A DNA stretch of 12,890 nt, from positions 1 through 12,890 of the forward strand of contig JADFSZ010000029.1 of assembly GCA_022560555.1 (NCBI GenBank), written 5' to 3'. The notes below the pieces were generated by a model. That model was not told the DNA's origin, did not search any database, and saw nothing but the letters and a program-made list of their open reading frames with translations. The translations under genes and the position numbers were made by a program. Shown here one piece after another: positions 5,493-12,890 of this stretch (position 1 is its first letter; each line of letters starts with the position of its first letter). Source of the DNA: PVC group bacterium (GTDB lineage: Bacteria; GCA-001730085; JADFSZ01).

Positions 5493-6548
5493 ATGGCTGA
5501 TTTTAACTGGGATGATATCAAAAGTCCTGAAGATATCATCAATTTTGGAAAAAAAGGCATGGCGAAAATAAAAGGGAAACCCTATATCCCGATCTTGATT
5601 GTAGGGATAATTGTTGTCATGATTGGGTATTCGGGACTGTTCACGATTGAAGCGGATGAGCTTGGCGTTGTGACGCGGTTTGGGAAATATAATCGAACGG
5701 TTGATTCCGGATTGAATTTCAAGATTCCCATAAATATTGAGAAGGTCTATCGGGTGTTCAAAATCCAGAAAGTGTTTACGGAAGAATTTGGTTTTCGTAC
5801 GGCCGCGGCGGGTATACGATCAAAATTTACGCGCGATGGGTTTTTACATGAATCCTTAATGTTGACAGGAGATTTGAACGCCGTTGAGGTTTCCTGGATC
5901 GTCGTTTTTAATATTAAAAACGCCGAGAATTTTTTGTTTAACCTTAAGGAGTCGGCGGATTTTCTTGTCAGACACAGACGGAATATGAGAATTGGACACG
6001 CGACGGTAAGGGATTTGTCCCAGGCGATCATGCGCCAGGTTATTGGCGATTATTCGGTCAATGAAGTTCTGACGGATAAAAAAGAAGAGATTCGTCTTAT
6101 CGTGAAAACGAAGCTTCAAGAAAGCCTGGATCAGTATGATGCCGGCATTCTGATCGCGGAAGTCGAGTTAAAGGATGTCCAAGCGCCGGGAAAAGTTCAA
6201 GATGCCTTCAATGAAGTCAACCGGGCCGAGCAGGAAAAAGAACGTATGATCCTGGAGGCCGAAACGTCGTACAACAAGGTGATCGAGGAAGCCAAGGGAA
6301 TTGCAGCCAAAAAAATTCTCGAAAGCGAAGGGTATTATGAGGAAAGAACAAATCAGGCTAAGGGGGATGTTGCCGCTTTTCTTGCCATGCTCAAAGAATA
6401 CAAGGGGAATAAGGCTATCACAAAGAAAAGGCTGTATCTCGAAACCATGACCCGCGTTTTAAAGAAAGTCGAAAAGAAGTATATTATTGACGAAGATGTA
6501 AGGGGCGTTTTGCCTCTGCTGAATATCGGAGAGGGGAGTGCGCTATGA
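5493..6548 (+). CDS. hflK: FtsH protease modulator HflK (SPFH/band-7 family)
   Basis: 351 aa with an N-terminal TM segment (IPILIVGIIVVMIGY), then LGVVTRFGKY...GLNFKIP, an SPFH core and a C-terminal coiled-coil region. It is paired with hflC immediately downstream. Confidence 0.88.
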   Translation: MADFNWDDIKSPEDIINFGKKGMAKIKGKPYIPILIVGIIVVMIGYSGLFTIEADELGVVTRFGKYNRTVDSGLNFKIPINIEKVYRVFKIQKVFTEEFGFRTAAAGIRSKFTRDGFLHESLMLTGDLNAVEVSWIVVFNIKNAENFLFNLKESADFLVRHRRNMRIGHATVRDLSQAIMRQVIGDYSVNEVLTDKKEEIRLIVKTKLQESLDQYDAGILIAEVELKDVQAPGKVQDAFNEVNRAEQEKERMILEAETSYNKVIEEAKGIAAKKILESEGYYEERTNQAKGDVAAFLAMLKEYKGNKAITKKRLYLETMTRVLKKVEKKYIIDEDVRGVLPLLNIGEGSAL

Positions 6549-7504
6549 AAAAATACATAGGAATAATTGTTTTAGTTTTGTTTATCGTATTTGCCTTGCT
6601 TGCGAAGGAGCTGTTTTTTATTGTTCAGGAAACCGATCAGGTCATTGTGACCCAATTCGGAAAGCCCGTCGGAGAGGCGATCACAACCGCGGGCCTGCGT
6701 TTCAAACTCCCGTGGCAAAAGACGATTTATTTTGAAAAACGCGTGCTGCGTTGGGACGGGGATCCGAAGGATATGCCGACAAAAGATAAGCGGAATATCT
6801 TTATCGATACCACGGCCCGATGGCAGATTACGGATCCGCTTCTCTTCTATCAGGCGGCAAGAAATATCAACGGCGCGGCGAAAATATTGGATGGCTATAT
6901 CGATGCGGCCACGCGGGAAGTTATCAGTAAATTCAATCATGTCGAAGCGATCCGCAGCAGCAATCGTATCATTGCCATTGTACAGGAGGAGAATGTTCAA
7001 TACGATGTGTCTTTGGTCAAAGAGGCCATGGTGAAAATTGAGTTTGGACGGGATAGCTTAACGGCTTTGATTCTTAAAAACGCGGCGAAAAAAATAAAGG
7101 ACACAGGAATCACTCTGATTGATGTCAAAATCAAACGAATCAATTACATCGATGAAGTTCTCAAAGACGTGTATCGCCGTATGATTGCTGAAAGAAACCG
7201 CATTGCGGAAAAATACCGTTCGGAAGGAAAGGGCCAAAGGGCCAAAGTCGAGGGGCAGATCAAGAAGGAATTGCAAACGATTCAGTCGCAATCCTATCGG
7301 AAAGTCCAGGTTATACGAGGGAAAGCCGATGCCGAAGCCCTGAAAATTTATGCCGATGCTTATGGACAGGATCCGGATTTCTACGGATTTTTGAAAACCC
7401 TGGAAACATACGAACAAACTCTAGATGAGAAAACGACCTTGATATTAGGGACCAATTCGGAATATTTTCGATTGTTAAAGGGATTTCGTCTGAATGAGGA
7501 ATAA
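6545..7504 (+). CDS. hflC: FtsH protease modulator HflC (SPFH/band-7 family)
   Basis: 319 aa with an N-terminal TM segment, then VIVTQFGKPVGE...GLRFKLPW and an SPFH domain. Its start overlaps the hflK stop as ATGA (6545-6548). Confidence 0.88.
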   Translation: MKKYIGIIVLVLFIVFALLAKELFFIVQETDQVIVTQFGKPVGEAITTAGLRFKLPWQKTIYFEKRVLRWDGDPKDMPTKDKRNIFIDTTARWQITDPLLFYQAARNINGAAKILDGYIDAATREVISKFNHVEAIRSSNRIIAIVQEENVQYDVSLVKEAMVKIEFGRDSLTALILKNAAKKIKDTGITLIDVKIKRINYIDEVLKDVYRRMIAERNRIAEKYRSEGKGQRAKVEGQIKKELQTIQSQSYRKVQVIRGKADAEALKIYADAYGQDPDFYGFLKTLETYEQTLDEKTTLILGTNSEYFRLLKGFRLNEE

Positions 7505-7510
7505 ACCTTC

Positions 7511-9118
7511 ATGACCCAAAAAGTCATTGTCGAGTTATTTTTAGGCTTAGCTCTTTTTATGTACGGCATGGTTTTGATGACCCAATCCATGAAGTCATTG
7601 TCCTTGGATAAAATCAAGACGGTGATGGGGAAAGCCACCTCAAACAGGTTTAAGTCTTTTTTTGTCGGGCTGGGCGTGACATCTGTCATTCAATCCTCTT
7701 CGGCCACATCTGTTCTGGTTATCGGATTGATTAATGTCGGGGTTTTAACTCTCTATCAGGCTGTGCCGATCATTTTCGGGGCGAATATCGGAACAACCAT
7801 CACAGCTCAACTCATCTCGTTTAATATCACGGATATTGCCCCCTACATGATCATCGGTGGGCTCCTCATCAACTTTATCGCGAAAAGTCAAAAGCGAAAA
7901 AGTTTGGGGATGTCTCTTTTTGGATTCGGCCTTTTGTTTTATGGGCTCACTGTCATGAAACACGCGGTGGGGCCCTTAAAACAGTCGGAGATGATCTCGG
8001 AATTATTCCTGCAATTTGGGAACCATCCCTTTTTGGGAATAATGATCGGATTGATTGTTACCGTTGTCCTGCAGTCAAGCACAACGGTCATTGGACTCAT
8101 GATCGCTTTAGCGTCCATGGGTCTGCTTGACTTAAAACCCGCATTTTTTCTGTTGTTGGGAGACAACATCGGAACGTGTATTACCGCAATTTTAGCGAGC
8201 CTTCACAGCACGCGGTCCGGAAAACGCCTCGCCATAGCCCACACCTTGTTCAATATTATCGGAGCGACAATTGCCATATTTATGGCCCCCTTGTATCTTA
8301 AATATATCCCGATGATATCCGGTGATATATCGCGCCAAATTGCCAATACGCACACGATATTTAACATATTCAACGCATTGCTGTTTTTGCCTTTTGTGCC
8401 GCTCTACGTCAAGTTTTTGAATAAGATTTTTCCCGGAGATGATTATGTGAAAAGAGAGATAAAATACTTAGACAAAAATCTCATGGATACACCGTCGTTG
8501 GCCATCAATTCGGCTGTCCAGGAAATGGTTGTTATGGCGCAGATCTGTAAAGATATGTTACTTAAAGTCCGGGGATTTATCGGAAAATTTGACTATAAAA
8601 AGTTTGATGAAATTGAGACGGACGAATCATCCGTTGATTCTTTGCAGAACAACATCACAAACTACTTGGCGGCTGTCACACGAAAAGAGCTTTCGGAGAA
8701 AGAGGCGCTTCTTCTTCCCAACCTGTTTCATTCTGTGAATGATCTTGAGCGTGTCGGAGATCATGTTGAAAATATCGCGCACATTTTAAGGCGAAAACAT
8801 GAATCACGTATTGATTTGTCAACGGATGGTCAGAAAATGCTAGACGAACTTTTTGAAAATGTTGATCATATGCTGGATCTCACGATCAAATCGATGAAGG
8901 ACGACGATCATGACGCGGCGTGTGAATCGATTAAGGTCGAGGAGAAAACAAATCAGCTCACGAAACATGCCCGTGATGAACATATCCATTGGCTTCGCAC
9001 AGGTGCATCTACTCCGGAAAAATCTCTTTTGTTTAACGATACTTTGCTTCAGTTAGAGAGGATCGGGGACCACCTGTATAATATCACTCAGGGAGTTATT
9101 CATTTCGGAAAGCGTTAA
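7511..9118 (+). CDS. Na/Pi-cotransporter family protein with C-terminal PhoU-like repeats
   Basis: 535 aa with two Na/Pi-cotransporter repeats (QSSSATSVLVIGL... and LQSSTTVIGLMIAL..., GDNIGTCITA). Two C-terminal PhoU-type helices end in ERVGDHVENIA and ERIGDHLYNIT. Confidence 0.85.
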   Translation: MTQKVIVELFLGLALFMYGMVLMTQSMKSLSLDKIKTVMGKATSNRFKSFFVGLGVTSVIQSSSATSVLVIGLINVGVLTLYQAVPIIFGANIGTTITAQLISFNITDIAPYMIIGGLLINFIAKSQKRKSLGMSLFGFGLLFYGLTVMKHAVGPLKQSEMISELFLQFGNHPFLGIMIGLIVTVVLQSSTTVIGLMIALASMGLLDLKPAFFLLLGDNIGTCITAILASLHSTRSGKRLAIAHTLFNIIGATIAIFMAPLYLKYIPMISGDISRQIANTHTIFNIFNALLFLPFVPLYVKFLNKIFPGDDYVKREIKYLDKNLMDTPSLAINSAVQEMVVMAQICKDMLLKVRGFIGKFDYKKFDEIETDESSVDSLQNNITNYLAAVTRKELSEKEALLLPNLFHSVNDLERVGDHVENIAHILRRKHESRIDLSTDGQKMLDELFENVDHMLDLTIKSMKDDDHDAACESIKVEEKTNQLTKHARDEHIHWLRTGASTPEKSLLFNDTLLQLERIGDHLYNITQGVIHFGKR

Positions 9119-9119
9119 C

Positions 9120-11951
9120 ATGAAAGCTTTAACCTCCCGGGACATCCGAAAAGAATTTCTAAAATATTTCCAAGATAAAGGTCACACCTTGTGTCCAAGC
9201 GATGGGCTGATTCCTGCCCATGATCCAACCTTATTGTTTACCACCGCCGGCATGGTTCAGTTTAAGCCTTTGTGGGCCGGGGGGGAGCTTCCTTATAAGC
9301 GAGCGGTATCTATTCAAAAATGTTTGAGGGCCGGAGGGAAAGGGAGTGATTTGGAAAATGTGGGTAAAACCTTACGGCATCACACATTTTTTGAAATGCT
9401 GGGCAATTTTTCGTTCGGGGACTATTTTAAAAAAGAAGCCATCCAATGGGCCTGGGAATTTGTTGTGAATGTTTTAGAAATTCCGAAAGAAAAATTATGG
9501 GTATCGATTTTCGAGGCCGATGAAGAAGCTGATAAGATCTGGAGAAAATATATTAATGAATCACGTATTGTTCGACTTGGTATAGAAGATAATTTCTGGG
9601 GTCCTGCCGGGAACGCGGGAGCCTGTGGACCCTGTTCGGAGATGTACATTGATCTTGGGCCCGGCAAAGGTTGTTCTAAGAGCTCTTGTGCGGTAGGGTG
9701 TGATTGTGAACGCTATTTGGAATTTTGGAATATTGTTTTTCCGCAATATTTCCAAGATGAGTCCGGTACAAGGGGCCCCTTGCAGAGGCGGGGGATTGAC
9801 ACAGGATTAGGGTTGGAGCGTCTAGCAACGATCTTGCAGGGGGTCGAAAATAATTACGAGACAGATCTTTTTCGCCCCATCGTCAAAGAAATTCTCAAAC
9901 ATTGCCCAAAGGACATTCAGTATCCGGATAATGAACGCCATAAAGTGTCCGTGCATGTGATTGCCGATCATATCCGTACACTTGTTTTTACTATATCAGA
10001 GAACATTATTCCTTCCAATGAGGGGCGGGGATATGTGATACGCAGGATTTTGAGGCGGGCTCTACGCCATGCGAGAATGTTGGGAATCACGGAGTGCCTT
10101 TTAGTGGATCTCGTTCAAGGTGTCGTGAAACAAATGTCGGAGGCATATCCGCATTTGAAGGAAACCGAAGAGCATGTGAAAAAAGTTATCCGGGCAGAAG
10201 AAAATAGTTTTGCGTTAGTACTCAGTGCAGGATTGGAAGTCTTGGAGTCTCTCATCGCTGAACTACGCTCACAAAAACAAAAAGTTCTACCGGGTGACAA
10301 AATATTTTATTTGTATGACACTCTTGGTTTTCCTGTAGATTTGATTAAGGATATTACAGCTGATGAAGGTTTTGTCATGGACGAGAAAGGTTTTCAAAGG
10401 TTGATGGACGCGCAAAAAGAGCGCGCACGGGCCGGTTGGCAGGGCGATAAAAATGCACAACAAGATGAAGTATTTAAGGCCCTTGCCAAAGAATTGCCCG
10501 TCAATGAGTTTATTCGGGATAAAGGATTAGTCATTGAAACAAAAATCTTAGCTCTTGTTAAAGACGGTCAAGTTGTTGATGAAGTTCAAGCTCCGGATAT
10601 ACCAGAAAATAAGACGAGACCTATCCCTTCAGTCGATGTCGATATGATTCTTGAAGAAACACCGTTTTATCCTAAGGGGGGCGGCCAAATTGGTGACACG
10701 GGACACATTAAAATGACGCAAGGCGAGTTCTTTGTCTTGGGTACACGCCGTGTGGGAGACAAAATAATACTTCATACAGGAAATGTGCGAGGTGGGTCTT
10801 TTAAAAAAGGGGATACTGTAAAAGCTATCGTGAACAAAGAGCGACGAGCAAAAATTATGTCCCATCATACGGTGACACATATCTTGCAAGCGGTTCTGCA
10901 AGAGTGTATTGATAAAAATATCAAGCAAGCGGGTTCTTATGTCGGAGATGAACGCCTGCGTTTTGATTTTAGTCATTTTGAAGCCTTAAGTGCTGAGCAG
11001 ATTACAAAAGTTGAGAGGCGTGTGAACGAACTTATTAAAAAAGATGACACCGTAACGGAAAAAAATCTTCTCCTAAAAGAAGCCAAAGCTTTGGGGGCTA
11101 TGGCGCTTTTTGGCGAAAAATATGCCGAAAAAGTTCGAATGATCAGCATCGGTGAATTCAGCAAAGAACTGTGCGGGGGAACACATGTAGCCCATGCAAA
11201 TGAGATCGGACAGTTTAGAATTGTTTCTGAGAAATCTGTGGCGGCCGGAATCCGGCGCATTGAGGCCATAGCGGGTAAAGCGGCCGAAGATGACTTGAAA
11301 AGAAAAAAGGAGAAAGTTCATGAATTGGCAAAAGATCTTGAAATCCCGGTTTATGAAGATATATCGGTAAACCTCGTGTTTAAAATTGAACCTAAAAAAA
11401 ACTATTTAGGAAATATCGCAGAATACCGACAAGAAAAAGTTAACTCTGAGAAAAAGAAGATTTCAGATCTCATCGCCAGTATAAAACTTGTTTCTCAGGA
11501 AGTTCCAAAAAGTTTATTCGAGGCTCAACAAGCCCTAAAAGAGAGAGAAAAGAATCTGGCCAAGGAGGGAAAAAATCTCGTTAAAAAAACGGCTGAAGAT
11601 ATTTGTCATGATGTGTTTAAGGTGAACTCAGTTCAATGTGTCGCTTCTCAAGTGACTGTGAGTGATGTGCCCCAGTTGAGACTCATGATGGATGCCATTA
11701 AGAAAAAATTAAAATCAGGCATTTTTGTTTTGGGGGCAGAAATTGCCTCCAAAGGCGTATTGCTCGTCGGGGTTTCAAAAGATTGTTTGAAAACAGGGTA
11801 TCATGCAGGTAGAATTGTAGCCGCTTTAGCCAAAGAGGCCGGTGGAAGCGGCGGAGGAAAGCCGGAATTGGCCCAAGCGGGTGTGCCGGATGTGAGCCGC
11901 TTAGAACATGTTGTATCCAACGCGAAGTCAATCATAAAAAATACAAAATAA
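9120..11951 (+). CDS. alaS: Alanine--tRNA ligase
   Basis: 943 aa with class II AlaRS signatures: HHTFFEMLGNFSFGDYFK, FWNIVFPQY, GIDTGLGLERL, editing-site HHTVTHIL and CGGTHV, and a DHHA1/C-Ala end GGSGGGKPELAQAG. Its start lies 1 nt after the preceding stop. Confidence 0.97.
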   Translation: MKALTSRDIRKEFLKYFQDKGHTLCPSDGLIPAHDPTLLFTTAGMVQFKPLWAGGELPYKRAVSIQKCLRAGGKGSDLENVGKTLRHHTFFEMLGNFSFGDYFKKEAIQWAWEFVVNVLEIPKEKLWVSIFEADEEADKIWRKYINESRIVRLGIEDNFWGPAGNAGACGPCSEMYIDLGPGKGCSKSSCAVGCDCERYLEFWNIVFPQYFQDESGTRGPLQRRGIDTGLGLERLATILQGVENNYETDLFRPIVKEILKHCPKDIQYPDNERHKVSVHVIADHIRTLVFTISENIIPSNEGRGYVIRRILRRALRHARMLGITECLLVDLVQGVVKQMSEAYPHLKETEEHVKKVIRAEENSFALVLSAGLEVLESLIAELRSQKQKVLPGDKIFYLYDTLGFPVDLIKDITADEGFVMDEKGFQRLMDAQKERARAGWQGDKNAQQDEVFKALAKELPVNEFIRDKGLVIETKILALVKDGQVVDEVQAPDIPENKTRPIPSVDVDMILEETPFYPKGGGQIGDTGHIKMTQGEFFVLGTRRVGDKIILHTGNVRGGSFKKGDTVKAIVNKERRAKIMSHHTVTHILQAVLQECIDKNIKQAGSYVGDERLRFDFSHFEALSAEQITKVERRVNELIKKDDTVTEKNLLLKEAKALGAMALFGEKYAEKVRMISIGEFSKELCGGTHVAHANEIGQFRIVSEKSVAAGIRRIEAIAGKAAEDDLKRKKEKVHELAKDLEIPVYEDISVNLVFKIEPKKNYLGNIAEYRQEKVNSEKKKISDLIASIKLVSQEVPKSLFEAQQALKEREKNLAKEGKNLVKKTAEDICHDVFKVNSVQCVASQVTVSDVPQLRLMMDAIKKKLKSGIFVLGAEIASKGVLLVGVSKDCLKTGYHAGRIVAALAKEAGGSGGGKPELAQAGVPDVSRLEHVVSNAKSIIKNTK

Positions 11952-11966
11952 AAAGGCGATTGTATT

Positions 11967-12890
11967 ATGCCCATAAAAATAATCCGCAGTTTAGCTTCAG
12001 CGCATAAAGAAATTGACCGTTTAGCTTCGCGCGGAGATTTTCTTAATAAAAAAAATGAAAGTATAGTGAAAACGATTATTACGGATGTGCGTCGGAATGG
12101 GGATCGTGCGGTCAAAAAATATTCGAAAAAATTTGATTCTGTTACACAGAAAAATCTTCGAGTGCCCCCAAAGGAAATCGATCGAGCCTATCGATCACTG
12201 AGCCGGGCGCATCGCATGCTATTTCAACGAGTCATCAAAAATGTGCGCGCGTTTCACAAGATTGAACGAAAAAAATCATGGATAAAAAAAATGGGGCACT
12301 GCCGCTTAGGCGAGAGAATCACGGCTGTGTCCAGCGTTGGTATCTACATCCCCGGGGGTCTTGCCCCTTTGGTATCAAGCGTATTTATGACGGTAATTCC
12401 CGCCCAGGCGGCCGGGGTTAAAAAGATTATTGTTACGAGTCCTCCCGCTTACAAAGGCCGCGTGAATCCCATTATCCTGGCTGCGTTGAAGATGTTAGGA
12501 ATCCGTGATGTGTTTTCAGTCGGAGGCGCTCAAGCGATCGCGGCGATGGCCTTTGGGACTCAAACGATACCGAGAGTCGATAAAATTGTTGGCCCGGGAA
12601 ATCGTTGGGTGACGTTAGCAAAAAAGGCCGTCTACGGGATTGTGGATATTGATATGCTGGCCGGGCCGAGTGAAATTGTGATTGTATCCGGTTCGAAGGG
12701 ACGAGCCGATTTTATCGCGAGTGATCTCTTGGCGCAAGCGGAGCATGATCCGATGGCATCAAGCATTTTGATTACCAACTCCAAACATCTTGCTGCGAAT
12801 GTTAAAAAAGAAGTGACAAAACAATTAAACGATTTAGATCGAACCCGATCAATTGCCAAAAAATCGCTCACCCGGTGGGGACGGATCATG
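11967..12890 (+). CDS. hisD: Histidinol dehydrogenase, 5' partial (continues beyond the window)
   Basis: This ORF is absent from the supplied track because it has no stop in the window. My translation from ATG 11967 gives MPIKIIRS...GIYIPGGLAPLVSSVFMTVIPAQAAGV...GGAQAIAAMAFGT...VDKIVGPGNRWVTLAKK...DMLAGPSEIVIV...DLLAQAEHDP, which are classic HisD motifs. The frame is open for 308 codons to the window end. Confidence 0.92.
   Translation, partial: MPIKIIRSLASAHKEIDRLASRGDFLNKKNESIVKTIITDVRRNGDRAVKKYSKKFDSVTQKNLRVPPKEIDRAYRSLSRAHRMLFQRVIKNVRAFHKIERKKSWIKKMGHCRLGERITAVSSVGIYIPGGLAPLVSSVFMTVIPAQAAGVKKIIVTSPPAYKGRVNPIILAALKMLGIRDVFSVGGAQAIAAMAFGTQTIPRVDKIVGPGNRWVTLAKKAVYGIVDIDMLAGPSEIVIVSGSKGRADFIASDLLAQAEHDPMASSILITNSKHLAANVKKEVTKQLNDLDRTRSIAKKSLTRWGRIM

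Noticed and set aside
1-12890. A scan for CRISPR repeats, transposase/integrase/recombinase genes, toxin-antitoxin pairs, restriction-modification or other defence-system genes, and terminal inverted repeats.
   Set aside because: I found none. Every ORF of substantial size is accounted for by a housekeeping or conserved-hypothetical family, and no spaced repeat arrays are visible.

Overview
This window is a co-directional block of housekeeping genes, all on the + strand, moderately AT-rich by eye and tightly packed. In order:
- the possible 3' end of an upstream CDS
- a Memo-like (AmmeMemoRadiSam protein B family) gene
- a translationally coupled YkgJ-type CxxCxxCC cysteine-cluster gene
- a DUF1844 gene
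- def
- a ~460-nt ORF-free spacer
- fmt, yajQ, then recA with a strong intrinsic terminator
- hflK, hflC, a Na/Pi-cotransporter/PhoU-domain gene, alaS, and the 5' part of hisD, which runs off the window.

I see no CRISPR array, transposase, integrase, tRNA/rRNA or recognisable defence genes, so most of the window is ordinary core genome. The taxon cannot be determined from the sequence alone.

The one feature the genes do not explain is the def-fmt spacer (2239-2697). It has no ORF of 60 aa or more on either strand. It folds by hand into a ~166-nt three-way-junction structure (49 bp) whose three G.U pairs exist only on the + strand. That structure is followed by three more hairpins, a 12-bp perfect palindrome and an 11-nt exact direct repeat. 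I propose it as a candidate unannotated structured RNA, either an fmt leader, a def-fmt processing element, or a stand-alone sRNA. I cannot assign it to any known RNA family by eye. The remaining findings are low-interest oddities.
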